Source of the DNA: an uncultured virus (IMG/VR IMGVR_UViG_3300028591_000185)
Taxonomy: Duplodnaviria > Heunggongvirae > Uroviricota > Caudoviricetes
IMG/VR virus record: IMGVR_UViG_3300028591_000185
Strand: one strand, 5' to 3'
DNA length: 64,000 bases
Of this stretch, positions 9,911 through 21,400 are shown piece after piece. The position numbers and the translations under genes were made by a program. A model generated the notes under the pieces. The model ran no database searches. It was not told the origin of the DNA and worked only from the letters and a program-made list of their open reading frames with translations. Position 1 is the first letter of the stretch, and each line of letters begins with the position of its first letter.

Positions 9911-11721
9911 GCTAACCTCACTATTTCAATACCTGGGCTTACTGGTAATTTTACTTTAATTGCTGTACTGCCAATAGTAGCAATAGTAGTTTCAGTATTC
10001 CAGGTTAAATCTATGTTATTATTTATTACTGTCTAATGACTAGTTAATACTGCTGTACCACCACTATATAATTTAGTAGCATATAAATATCCATTATAAT
10101 TTAATCTAGTAGTTCCATTTGGCGCTGTGGTTCCAGTATAAAAACCAGCATTGCTTGGTCTTGAACTATAAGGAGCTAAAGCGTAAGTAACTGCATTTAT
10201 TCCATTTGTTCCAGTTAAATCCCAATAACCATCTGTGGCATTAGCAGTAATCGTATGACCATGATTACCGGCGGCGGCATCATTAGCAGTAGTACCAATT
10301 TTGATAATACCAGCTACTGAAGTTGATGCAGTTGGTAATGTTTTTTTAGTAGCTGTAATTTTACCTTTACTATTTTGGCTAATAGTATCAATAAATGTAG
10401 TTGAAGTGGTTGAACTGGCACTAGGGTCGCTAGTGGCTAATGAACCTGCGGTTATTAAACCACCAGTAGTAGTATATACAGCATAATCACTAGTAGAACC
10501 AATTTTACCACCTTTAGAGATATTACCATGTACATGCTCTGATAAAGCAAAGTCGGTAGCCAACCCTAAATTATGCCATTTACCGCTAGTCCAAATATAT
10601 TCTTTTCCGGTAGCATCAATTACTACATTTCCTTCTACTGGAGTTAATGACCCTCCACCTGCTGGGGTAACGGGAGAAGTTGTTCCGTTATCAGTTAATG
10701 TTTGAGTAATAATTCCTTTAAATTCCATTGATGATCCAGCTAATCCTAAATCATCAATATTGACCGTTACATCTGATTGTCCATCAAAAGATTTATCTCC
10801 AATAGTAATACTATGCCCTACTTTAGTTGCTGTACCGGCAAAATTAGTAGCAGTAATTGTATCGGTACTTGGATTTACTGTAATAGCGGTATCATAAACA
10901 GTTTCATAAGCTGTGCCACTAGTAGGACTTACCTAGGCGCTCATTAACAGTTTATATTCTTGATTATCAGATTTTACTGTTTGCTTAACTTTAGTATCAG
11001 TATTATCACTTGCTGGTAATTTAATTTTTATTGCAGTACCACCAATTGTAGCAATGGTAGTTTCTGTATTGCGACTTAAATTAATATTATTATTTGTTAC
11101 TGCTAATTTAGTTTTTACATAATTATATAATTTAATTGCATCACGACGATAAACTTGACCAGTAGCGTTGCTATCCGCAAAACCATCATTACTAGCATAT
11201 GAAGAAAATAGTTCTGTGTTATCAGTAAAATCAGAAGTACCTTCCTAAATATTATTTGCACCACTCTATGAAATTTCGCCCCAATTATATGTAGGTTTAC
11301 TGTGTGATTTTGCCCACGCTGGTACGTCATTAGCAGGCAAAGATGTAATTACACTACCATATGCACTAATATGACCCTACGCATCTATTTTAATTGGATA
11401 TAACCCCTAAGTCGTTTGTGCAGTAATACTATTAGTATGATTAATTGTTCCTGTCGTGGTAAAGTTTCCACCAGGAGTAGTATTAATTGATAATCCAGTA
11501 CCGGCAATAACCTTTGTCACTGTGCCTCCTGAATTATTATCGGCGGCCCAATACACACTTGCTCCATTTGTTTTTAATATATAACCACTAGTGCCTAGTC
11601 CATAGGTTGATCCACCTGCGCTAGTTGGAGCACTAATACTAGTTATCTAAATTTTATTAACAAAAGTGTCGCCAATTAATCTGGAGGCACCGTTTACTAT
11701 TAAATCTTTTAATTGTGCCAT
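9907..11721 (-). CDS. tail fibre-like protein, Thr/Ser/Gly-rich (604 aa, multiple TAG=Gln)
   Basis: MAQLKDLIVNGASRLIG... open through TAGs to TGA 9907; includes ORF 10033..10728. Confidence 0.8.
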
Positions 11722-11733
11722 ATATTCACCTCA

Positions 11734-13047
11734 TTAAAAGTAATTTTCTAAACTAACTCCATCCTCACTAACAATCATTGCATAATGAGGTATTAAAGTG
11801 TTATTATTATCTATAACATATATTTTATAAGTTTTTAATTTTGTTCCTATACGATTTACCATCCTTACAGTATTAATAGGTCGCCACACAGCATAAAGTA
11901 TAATAGGTGTTGACACAGATACTGTAATAGTATCCCCGCCTGTATAACTTACTGTAGATGAATTACTTGTTGTAGCCCATCCTAAACACTCAAAACCTGT
12001 TTTCGTTGGAACGCTATAAGAAATATTAAATGTATAGGATGAATTAGGTGTAGTTGCAGTAACAACTCCGGGCCCTCCAACACCACCATTTGCATTATAA
12101 ATTAATGTAACCGAAGCATTTTGCTCCCAATAGGGATATAATGTAATAGCAGCATTTGCAGTATATGATCCACCTAGATTATATGCCTTTGAACCCCCAT
12201 CGGACGTACTCCATCCTTTTTGTGCATAACCTGAACGAGTAAAAATAGCTCCTTGTAAGGTAAGAGCAACTCCGTATGTTTTTGTTGCACTAGTATTTGT
12301 GCCAGTGCCGTTAGCACCTTTATTATATGAAACAGTATAAGTATTAATAGTCCAATATGGATATAATGTAACACCGGCATTAGTAGTATAGGACCCGCTT
12401 AAATTATATACTTTAGCACCACCATCAGTTGTACTCCATCCTGTTTGAGTATATCCAGTTCGTGTAAATATAGCTCCTTTTAAAGTAAGCGTTACATTTT
12501 CTGTTTTAGTTGCACTCGTATTGGTACCAGTACCATTTGCTCCTTTGTTATATGATACTGTGTATGTATCTGGTTCACTTGTAACGACTGTAAGATGTGA
12601 AGTCGAACAGTTAACCCAACCTCTAGTAGTAGTATTACCTGCAAGACCAACTACGTATCCATATGTTGGAATACCACCAGAAGTTAAAGTAAAATCGGTA
12701 TCAGCATATACGCCACTTGGACATACTGATGCCCAGAATGTCTTAATAGCTGAACCTCTAGTAACAGATGTTGATGAGTTATTAGCTTTATGGCTAATAG
12801 CCAGCTAAACATCACTACCAAATCTATCCATATATATAGTTAATGTAATGGATACGATGGTTTTTCCACGTAATGCTGATAATGATGATGAATCAAACAT
12901 CATAGCACGTGCATAACGCTCTCCGGCATCATATCCAGCACATGAATCTGCATAGTTTGCAAAGTTAGAATAGTTGCTGGACCATGATGTAGCCATACCG
13001 CAGTTATAAGTTGAAGGATATAATGTTGTTGTTACATTATGTGCCAT
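11734..13047 (-). CDS. virion surface protein with three Listeria-Bacteroides (InlB B-type) repeats (1 TAG=Gln)
   Basis: ORFs 12805..13047 and 11734..11916 are in frame; repeats YTVSYNKGANGTG...FTRTGYTQTGWST...TLYPYW. Confidence 0.8.
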
Positions 13048-13154
13048 AATTCATACCTCATGATGGTAACAGCTATTATCTATATTTTATTAGTGAATAC
13101 ATCGCCAATAAGACGAGAAGCCTTATTGACAATAAGGTCTTTTAATTGAGCCAT
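13032..13154 (-). pseudogene. truncated duplicate of the 5' end of tail gene 9907..11721
   Basis: MAQLKDLIVNKASRLIGDVFTNKIQI versus MAQLKDLIVNGASRLIGDTFVNKIQI; own AGGAGG RBS; stops after 40 aa. Confidence 0.75.
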
Positions 13155-13190
13155 GTATTCAACCCTCCTTATATATATTCAACTATTTTT

Positions 13191-13219
13191 ATCATAGTAT
13201 ATTTTTCTAATTTTGTCAA
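13191..13219 (-). promoter_or_regulatory. sigmaA-type promoter
   Basis: TTGACA-17 bp-TATGAT. Confidence 0.65.
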
Positions 13220-13275
13220 GTTGCGGTTTACCAATTTTTTACTAATTTATAGGTAATTTTTTGGTAAACCACAAC
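13220..13275. terminator. hairpin with TTACCAA/TTGGTAA arms and enlarged loop
   Basis: GTTGCGGTTTACCAA...TTGGTAAACCACAAC. Confidence 0.6.
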
Positions 13276-13278
13276 TTT

Positions 13279-13809
13279 TTAATATTCATAAAAATGATTT
13301 GCTAAAGCAGATTCTTTTTCAAATGAAGCTAAAGCTCTCTGTGTTTCATAAAACATATTTGTTTTTATCTATCCATTTTTTTGAACAGATGGAGATTTAA
13401 TGATATTATCATAAACTCTAACATTAGAAACATGCATAATAACACTGTTTCCAGTATTATCTGTTCCCCTAATATTAACTCCAATAAACTATTTTGCTGA
13501 TGAAATGTTAAATCTTACATGATACCAATTCCCGGCTGTTCTCTCCAATGTAAATAATGGAGTCCCATAGGCAATACTATCTAAATTAATTATAAATATT
13601 CCAGTAGGAGATAAATTAGTAATATCTTCTAAATAATAATCAAATTCAAAAATTATATCTTTTCCTACAATATCTGGTAAATTCCAACCAAAAGAACGCC
13701 ATCCATTTGTAGCTGTTAAGATTAATTTTTCTCCATCAAATACTTTTGAGCCAGACCATCCATTCATCTAAATATCATTTAAATTAGTCCAATTACTTAA
13801 ATAATCCAT
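13279..13809 (-). CDS. putative carbohydrate-binding-like virion protein (3 TAG=Gln)
   Basis: ORF 13489..13767 extends both ways through TAGs; its ATG overlaps the upstream TAA. Confidence 0.7.
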
Positions 13810-15485
13810 TATTCCACCAACTCTCTTACATGAATATTTCCATTATTATCAATACTCATACTTGTATTATAAAGCTCTTTAATTTGCTCGGGGGTAAGCG
13901 CAGTAGCATAAATACGAAAATCTGAAATTGACATATCATTAGTAGTATAAGATGTACCACTATCCCAACCATTCATATATATTTTTGTGCCACTAATAGA
14001 TTTATAAGTCTTAGCCTATCCCCATAATTCTCCATCTAAATAAACAACACATGTGGTTCCATTACCAACCATTGCAAAATGATGCCATGAATTTAATGAT
14101 GGTGCTGTTACTTGAGTAGTGGTACCAGGAGTATATAATGGATTATTCGCACCATCACCAGTATTCCATAAGTTACCATTGTAAATACCATTTAATCGTA
14201 CTCCATTAGCAAATCCCCAAAACATTTTATTGGAAAAAGTATTTGTTTTACCCCACCAAATAAAAGAATAAGAATTAGCAAAACCGGACGTATTAAGATT
14301 CTCAATTAATACTTTACTTGTTGTAGCGGTAAAATGAGTAGCACAACCGTATCGTGAACTTGGCACAACAGTTTCTAAAGAACCAACTATTGTACCATTA
14401 TTGCTATAACCAGAAGAGTCATAGACAGTACTTGAACTACGAGATGTACCTCCTAAAACCCAGGGAGTTCTATAACTTTTCTGCTCAACTTGAGCATGAT
14501 ATACCTAAAATGTTGGTGAAGAAGGAACTGCACCCGAAGATCCATTCTAAAAATATAAATAAATACTTCCTGTGTATTTTGTACTGTCAGTTAAATCACA
14601 AGTAACAGATGACCACCCTTCTTCTCCTGGATTAATAATATTACCCTAAAAAGTGCCATAACTACCAGCGACTAACAATGGAGAACAACGTATTCGTACA
14701 GTTACATTAGAAGTATTTTTAATATAAGCGCTATATGTGATAATTGCATTACCACATGTACACGTTGCAGGAGATAATGAACCAACATTTTTCCCTAAAT
14801 TAATATTAGTATATGTTGGACAAGACTAAGTTTCTGTTAATAAATTAGTAGTTGGTTCGCAGAATGGGTCATCTAATTTATAATGTAATACTAATCCTTT
14901 TGCAATTTCTTCTACTTCTTTTGCAGAAAGGGCGTGGTCATAAATACGCACATCATTTAATTTACCATTTAAATAATTTCCATATCCACTTCCATTCGTT
15001 TGAGAAGCCCCTATTGAAGTAGTAGTACCCCACTAGTTAGAAGCAAGGGTTTGTGTTTTCTTTTCTTTAAATTCACCATTAATGTAATAATATACAATAT
15101 TTCCATCATAAGTGACAGTTAAATGAAACCAAGTATTAATTGGATAAGTGTATGCTGTATACCACTATAAACTATTGCCTCCACAATCAATTCGTATCCC
15201 TCCACCAATTAAAAAAATGGAAAATCCAGATCCAACAGTTGTTCTATCACAAATTATTGTCTATGTTGCAGAAGAGGAAGTAGTATATATCCAAGCACAA
15301 ACAGAATATCTATTATTATAAAAATTATATGGAGTATATAAATAATTATTACTTCCATTAAAAGAATAACATTTTCCAATTTTTCCATTATTATCAACTG
15401 TTGCGCTATTATTAGTAACAGTAATATTACTTAACCCCTAATTATGTAAATCCCCATTAAGGGGGAGCCATACTTGTAAACTCAT
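13809..15485 (-). CDS. LamG/concanavalin A-like domain virion protein (multiple TAG=Gln)
   Basis: MSLQVWLPLNGDLHNQGL...WFHLTVTYDG...LNDVRIYDHALS and a second LamG unit WHHFAMV...SDFRIYATALT. Confidence 0.85.
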
Positions 15486-15501
15486 ATAACTCCCTCCTTA
15501 A

Positions 15502-17148
15502 TTAATTAAATATAAAATCAATAGCATTAGTTGTGCTATTAAACATCATATAAGCTTTTTCCGTACCACTTATATTAAATGAGTGCCGGACCGCACTAAT
15601 TTCGCCAGCTGTTGTTGTTAAATATACTCCCGTATCAGCTACACCAGTTAATGCTTGTGCTGTTGAAGTTGGTGCGGTAGTTACACCAGTGAGATAGGCT
15701 TTTGAAGTAGTAGCTAATGTGATATTTTGCTTTATATCCGTATTAGGATTGCTTGGCATTGTCATATTATAACTAGCTACACCAGTAATATGACCACAAG
15801 TGTCATATTTTTCTTCATATAATGTAAAAGTCCCACCCCAAGTTAATGTCTTGGCAGATTGAGCAGCAGCAGTTTTTGCTGTTACACTATTGGTATGATT
15901 GATTGTGCCACTAGTTGTAAAATTACCTTGAGCTGTACTACCAATAGCTAAACCTGTACCGGCAGTAACTTTAGTAACAGTACCAGTATTTGTAGTATAT
16001 GCAGTAGTATCAAGAGTCCAAGTATTAGCAGCAGTTTTCTTTAATAAACCAGAAGTGCCTGAAAGCGCTTCAATAGCCTATACATCGGAAGCTCCGGTAA
16101 TTTCACTTAATGCATAAGAAGGTTTCGTAGATGCTTTTGCCCAGGCAGATACATCACTTGCGGGTAGGCTTGTTACAGCTGTACCATAAGCTGAAATATG
16201 ACCATTTTTATCAATTTTAATTGGGTATAATGCCTATGTTGTCTATGCATTTGTTAAAACATTAGTATGCCCAATTGAAATAGTACCAGAGGTTGTAATT
16301 GGACTACTCGTAACAGTTAAACCTCCATTAGTAGCATTTGAAATACCAACAGAAGTAACGGTACCACTAGGCTCATCACCAGAAGGAATTAATACCCAAC
16401 TTGAACCATTACTTACAAATACATCTCCTACTTTTGCCACCTAATTAGCATATGTATTAGCCGTGATTACTTTGTAAGTATACCCCTAATTACCTGCCGT
16501 GGCTGCTGGTAATGATGTGATTGTACCATCAGTACCCAAACTTCCCATAAATAACATCGCACTAGATAAACCTAAATCAGTTTTTAAAGTAGATGCGGTT
16601 ACAATATCTGATGTACTACCATTAATTATTTTTGTAAGCTTTTTATTTGTTCCATCCCAAGCTACATTTGTTACAGTAGTACTTACAGGAGCTCGTGATG
16701 TATCAGTCGGATGAACGTGATCTTCACGAGCATATTTAGCAGATGTACCAACCGCCGCAGTACCATCCATTAATGGGGCAGCAGAAGCCGCTGTACGCAT
16801 ATCATTATTATTTAACCAACCAACCATCTACCAATATGTACCATCATAGGTAAATGCTACCACTGAACCAGCTTGCCAAGAAGTAGCAGCTGAAGTTGAT
16901 GGAGCAGTTGTTCCATATCTATAAATAGTTTTAGCTCCAGTAGAATTAACATTTAATGTTGGATTAGCTACACTATTGGAGTAAGTAAATTTAACATGAA
17001 TAGTAACACCAGTAATTAATTTATCAAAATTATCACAAGTTACAACTTTAGCCGCAGTCCCAGCAGCCGTTGTACAAGTGCCATATAATGTAGAAGCAAC
17101 TGGGAGGTTATTACCTCCCAGTGCTACTTGACCTATATAAGTTGCCAT
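15502..17148 (-). CDS. tail fibre-like protein (548 aa, multiple TAG=Gln)
   Basis: Four track ORFs (16828..17148, 16486..16827, 16243..16440, 15502..15765) are in one frame joined by TAGs; YAREDHVHP motif. Confidence 0.85.
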
Positions 17149-17165
17149 AAGGTTTTACTCCTTTC

Positions 17166-18674
17166 TTAGGCTGTAAGACTAGATACAACAGTTTTATTTG
17201 AAATTGTTAATGATGGTGTGGTTCCAGCAACCCAAGATTTAACACTATTAACACTAATAGCTGTTCCTAATGTAGGTTTAGAGCCAGCTGACCAAGTTTT
17301 AATACTCTTAACAGCAAATGCTGTGCCTAATGTTGTGGCGCTACCAGCATCCCAACTATCAACACTATTAACGGTGAATGCCGTACCCAAGGTAGGAGCA
17401 GAACCAGCAGACCAGGTTTTTACACCTTTGATACTAAATGCTGTTCCCAGTGTAGGAGCAGAACCAGCAGACCAAGCATTAACACCTTTAATTGTAAATG
17501 CTGTACCTAGTGTAGGAGCAGAACCAGCAGACCAAGTTTTTACTCCATTAATAACAATATCATCGCCTAGAACTGTGGCACTCCCCGCATTCCAAGTATT
17601 TACGCCTGTTACGGTAAATGCAGTGCCTAATGTAGGCGCGCTGCCAGCACTCCAAGTATTTACACCCTTTACACTAAATGCGTCTCCTAAAGTAGGCACG
17701 CTACCAGCACTCCAAGCAGTAATATCATCAGCGGAAATGGCCGTACCTAATGTGGGTGCAGACCCATTAACGATAGTAAGTACTCCTTCAGCCGCACTTA
17801 ATGTTGTCATAGAACCAACACTAGTCACATTAGGAATTGTTCTAGATGTATACGATAAGCTAGGTGCTGTACCAACTCCTGTCACATTAGGAATTGTATA
17901 AGTTGTAGTAGTTAAACTAGCAGCGGAACCTTTATTAGTCACATTTGGAATCGTATATGTTGTTGTAGTTAAGCTTGGAGCTGTCCCAGCAGAAGTTACA
18001 TTAGGAATAGTAAATTCTTCTGTAGTTAGACTTGGAGCAGATCCCGCAGAAGTTACATTGGGAACAGTATATGTAGTTGTTGTTAAACTAGCTGCGCTAC
18101 CAATACTGGTTACATTTGGCACTGTATAAGTAGTTGTACTTAAGCTTGGGGCGCTACCAGCAGAAGTCACATTTGGAATAGTAAGTTCAGATGTTTCTAA
18201 AGTTGGTGCGCTTCCGGCAGAAGTAACATTAGGAATAGAGTAGCTATCCCAGTCTAAACTTGGAACACTACCAGTACTAGTCACATTTGGAATAGTTTTT
18301 GCTTCATATTCTAATACTGGTGTTGTCCCTTGATTCCAACCAGAAGCAGAACCAATAGAAAGAGTATTAATTTTAAATACTTGATTCGTAACACCTGCTA
18401 AAGTTTTAGTTAATTTTCCATTACTACCATCCCAATTAATATCAGTAATATAAGTATCTTTAATAACATTACCTTGACTATCTGCCCAAGCACTTGCTGC
18501 ATTAATTGGATAGCGTTTAATTGTACCATTTCCATCATAATCAGCATCAATATAGAATAATTTTGTGCTTGTATCATAATAAGCATAACCATCTGTAGGA
18601 ATACGATAACCAGCAACGGTAGAATCAGTTAATTTACTAGAATCACTGCCTTTAAATATTTTAAATAGAGCCAT
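17166..18674 (-). CDS. repeat-rich virion fibre protein with two mirrored repeat blocks
   Basis: AAGGAGGG RBS before MALFKIFKG; nine (T/S)(I/V)PNVT-type 19-aa repeats followed by about nine WSAGSAPTLGTAF-type 20-aa repeats; no TAG. Confidence 0.85.
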   Translation of the reverse strand: MALFKIFKGSDSSKLTDSTVAGYRIPTDGYAYYDTSTKLFYIDADYDGNGTIKRYPINAASAWADSQGNVIKDTYITDINWDGSNGKLTKTLAGVTNQVFKINTLSIGSASGWNQGTTPVLEYEAKTIPNVTSTGSVPSLDWDSYSIPNVTSAGSAPTLETSELTIPNVTSAGSAPSLSTTTYTVPNVTSIGSAASLTTTTYTVPNVTSAGSAPSLTTEEFTIPNVTSAGTAPSLTTTTYTIPNVTNKGSAASLTTTTYTIPNVTGVGTAPSLSYTSRTIPNVTSVGSMTTLSAAEGVLTIVNGSAPTLGTAISADDITAWSAGSVPTLGDAFSVKGVNTWSAGSAPTLGTAFTVTGVNTWNAGSATVLGDDIVINGVKTWSAGSAPTLGTAFTIKGVNAWSAGSAPTLGTAFSIKGVKTWSAGSAPTLGTAFTVNSVDSWDAGSATTLGTAFAVKSIKTWSAGSKPTLGTAISVNSVKSWVAGTTPSLTISNKTVVSSLTA

Positions 18675-18799
18675 TGAATAGCCCTCCTTATAAAAAATTC
18701 TAAAATAAAAAATCGGGGTAGTCCCGCAAAAGAGCAGAACTACCCCATATATATAAAAAGTGCTAATATAAAGTCTACACAAAAGGTATCTTACTCTTT

Positions 18800-18844
18800 C
18801 AATAATTTTAAAAATTCATCAAATTTCATTTAAATAAATTGTCC
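18800..18844 (-). promoter_or_regulatory. putative phage late/middle promoter motif, copy 2
   Basis: GGAC-N8-TAAA-N18-TAAAATTATTG upstream of the tail block. Confidence 0.6.
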
Positions 18845-18850
18845 AATTAT

Positions 18851-18879
18851 TTGATTTTTTAAAAAATTTATGATAAAAT
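18851..18879 (+). promoter_or_regulatory. sigmaA-type promoter
   Basis: TTGATT-17 bp-TAAAAT with extended TG. Confidence 0.7.
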
Positions 18880-18944
18880 ATTAATAGAAAATGAGAAAAG
18901 AAATAAACCTCTTGTCCAAGAGGAAAAAGAAAGGAAAAAAAATT

Positions 18945-20459
18945 ATGAATAAGTTTGTTGCTGGTTTGAACGCTGAATATGACCACGTTTTGACTGAAAA
19001 TGGCGGTAAGGCTTATCGGTCTGCGGGTAACGCCCTTATGGACTTATTTGCCCACGGGGGCGCCTATCGTCAGCGCAATGATGTAGATTGTATCAATCTG
19101 TTCAAGAAGGCATATCAGGAAAATCCTGTGTATGCGCTTAAGTGTCTGTTTTACCTTCGAGATATTCTTGAAGGTCAGGGTGAGCGTCGCTTCTTCCGTG
19201 TATGCCTGAACTGGCTTGCCAAGAAGGATACTGATGCGGTTGTCCGTAATATTGAGTCTATTCCTGAACTTGGCCGTTGGGATGACCTCTATGAGCTGGT
19301 AGATACCCCTGCGGAAAAGGCTGCTTTTGACTTCATTAAGAAGCAGCTTGCTCTTGATGTGCAGTCCAAGACTCCTTCTCTGCTCGGTAAGTGGCTCAAG
19401 TCCGAGAATGCTTCTGCAAAGCGTACTCGTTACCTGGGTATGAAGACTCGTAATGCTCTTGGGATGAACGCTCGTTTGTACCGTAAGACTTTGTCTATGC
19501 TACGTAAGCGTATCAACATTGTTGAGCGTCTTATGTCTGCTGGTCAGTGGGACCTTATTGAGTTTGATAAGATTCCTTCCCAGGCCGGTTTCCGCTATCG
19601 GAATGCTTTCGCTCGTCGTGACATTTTGAAGCAGAAGTATGAGAAGTTCGTTAAGGACGAAAAGACTACTGTGAATGCTCGTGCTATGGCGCCTTATGAG
19701 GTAGTCGCACAGGCTCCTCGCGTATATCGTAAGGGCCTTGACGATGTTGAGCGTGTTGCTATCAATAAGTACTGGGATAATCTTCATGATTATTTCGAGG
19801 GGTGTTCTCTGAATGCTCTATGCATGATTGATACCTCTGGCTCTATGACTTGGGGCGGTACTAATAATGTACTTCCTATTGATGTAGCAACCTCTTTGGG
19901 GCTTTATGCGGCTGAAAAGGCACAGGGTCCTTTCCATGGGACTTATATCTCTTTCAGCTCTCGTCCTCAGCTCATTAAGACTGATGGTGTAGATTTCGTA
20001 GATAAGGTTCGTCGTATCCGTGAAACCGACCTTTGCGAAAACACCAACCTGGCTGCTGCCTTTGATATGCTGCTTAACGTAGCTATTAAGAACAGATGCC
20101 GTCAGGACGAGCTGCCTGCAAAGATTGTTGTAATCACCGATGGTGAGTTCGACAGTATGGTCTACAATGACCAGCATACTGATTTCTGGAATTACCGCCG
20201 TACTAGTGCTCTTGAAGGCTGGGAGAGCGTGGCAGAAACTATTACTCGTAAGTGGGCTGATTATGGCTATAAGATGCCAGAACTCATCTTCTGGAATGTA
20301 AATAGCCGTAATGACCAGGTGCCTATGAAGATGCAGCACGGCGTGTCTTTGGTGTCCGGTTTCTCTGCTTCCACCTTCCAGATGGTAATGAGCGATAAGT
20401 CCGGCGTAGACTTAATGTATGAAGTGCTTGACCGTGAGCGCTATGCCAACATTAAGTAA
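18945..20459 (+). CDS. DUF2828-family / TROVE (Ro60)-like protein with C-terminal vWA domain
   Basis: TENGG, LRDILEGQGERR, GRWDDL, KWLKSEN, MIDAS motif DTSGSM, ITDGEFD, IFWNV, VSGFS. Confidence 0.8.
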   Translation: MNKFVAGLNAEYDHVLTENGGKAYRSAGNALMDLFAHGGAYRQRNDVDCINLFKKAYQENPVYALKCLFYLRDILEGQGERRFFRVCLNWLAKKDTDAVVRNIESIPELGRWDDLYELVDTPAEKAAFDFIKKQLALDVQSKTPSLLGKWLKSENASAKRTRYLGMKTRNALGMNARLYRKTLSMLRKRINIVERLMSAGQWDLIEFDKIPSQAGFRYRNAFARRDILKQKYEKFVKDEKTTVNARAMAPYEVVAQAPRVYRKGLDDVERVAINKYWDNLHDYFEGCSLNALCMIDTSGSMTWGGTNNVLPIDVATSLGLYAAEKAQGPFHGTYISFSSRPQLIKTDGVDFVDKVRRIRETDLCENTNLAAAFDMLLNVAIKNRCRQDELPAKIVVITDGEFDSMVYNDQHTDFWNYRRTSALEGWESVAETITRKWADYGYKMPELIFWNVNSRNDQVPMKMQHGVSLVSGFSASTFQMVMSDKSGVDLMYEVLDRERYANIK

Positions 20460-20479
20460 GCAATAACTTTTTGAGAACT

Positions 20480-20528
20480 GCGGTTTCCAGGTCATCCCGA
20501 GCGGATTAAGCTGGAAACCGCACTTTTT
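20480..20528 (+). terminator. intrinsic terminator with structured loop
   Basis: GCGGTTTCCAG...CTGGAAACCGC followed by ACTTTTT. Confidence 0.75.
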
Positions 20529-20530
20529 AT

Positions 20531-20559
20531 TTGAAAATATTAAAAAAATATGATATAAT
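20531..20559 (+). promoter_or_regulatory. sigmaA-type early promoter
   Basis: TTGAAA-17 bp-TATAAT with extended TG; identical to the copy at 23459. Confidence 0.8.
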
Positions 20560-20587
20560 ATTTATAGAAAAAAGGGGAAGGAGAAAA

Positions 20588-21397
20588 ATGATAGATAAAA
20601 ATTTATTCAACACTTTAAAGCTTAATGCTAATGAAGCGACCAATACTTGGACCGCTTTACATGACACTGTTAAGACACTCAATGGTTTTGCCCATTATAA
20701 CGAATGGGATAAAATGTGGGATTTAGTTGAAGAGTATCTCCCTGATGAATCTAAAAATACCCCTTTGGACCAAATAAATGAAAACAAGGAGAATGAAACT
20801 ATGAATTTTAATTTCGGTGGAATGTTTGATGGTATGTTCAAGCCCGTTGCCCGCAGTATGTGTAAGATTGGTATGGACGGTCAGATTGCTATTCGCACGC
20901 CCTCCGGATATAAGACTTTTGATATTAAGAAGCACAAGCTCGTGAATTGCGATAATTTTGCTTTTGACATGGATGGTATGTTCTGGGTAGTTCCTACCTT
21001 TAAGGTAGATATCGGTGATATCATCCTCGTAAATGGTAAACCTCGTGCTGTCATCGAAATCGGCGCTAATTCCATTAAGACTTTCTCTTATGAGAATAGC
21101 ACTATTGATGAAATCGTGCCTGAATATCACGTCTTTATGGGCAAGACTTACTGCTATGGTAAGATTTTTAGCCCCTTCGCCGGTATGGGCAAGGATAATG
21201 GCGAACTTATGACTTCTATGATGAATATGATGATGATGAGTCAGATGTTCGGTAATGGGGATAATAACAATACAGGCTTCAATCCTATGATGTTTATGTT
21301 CCTTAATAACAATGGTAATAATCCGTTTATGAATATGTTTGAAGGAGCTTTTAATTTCGGTGCCCCCGAAGAGAATGAGTCTAAAAAGGAGGACTAA
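20588..21397 (+). CDS. hypothetical protein with Met/Asn/Gly-rich C-terminus
   Basis: AAGGAG RBS before ATG 20588; MMNMMMMSQM...PMMFMF tail. Confidence 0.75.
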   Translation: MIDKNLFNTLKLNANEATNTWTALHDTVKTLNGFAHYNEWDKMWDLVEEYLPDESKNTPLDQINENKENETMNFNFGGMFDGMFKPVARSMCKIGMDGQIAIRTPSGYKTFDIKKHKLVNCDNFAFDMDGMFWVVPTFKVDIGDIILVNGKPRAVIEIGANSIKTFSYENSTIDEIVPEYHVFMGKTYCYGKIFSPFAGMGKDNGELMTSMMNMMMMSQMFGNGDNNNTGFNPMMFMFLNNNGNNPFMNMFEGAFNFGAPEENESKKED

Positions 21398-21400
21398 CCT

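Noticed and set aside
17218..17901. 227 aa plus-strand repeat ORF
   Set aside because: Antisense shadow of the repetitive fibre gene, with no RBS or promoter
17200..18350. CRISPR array or DNA tandem-repeat element
   Set aside because: The 57-60 bp periodicity is degenerate at third codon positions and encodes protein repeats; there are no identical repeats with unique spacers
18675..18944. Upstream starts given by the track (18782 on minus, 18891 on plus; likewise 20531, 27490, 41195)
   Set aside because: These extensions run through promoter or terminator DNA; downstream ATGs with good RBS were chosen instead
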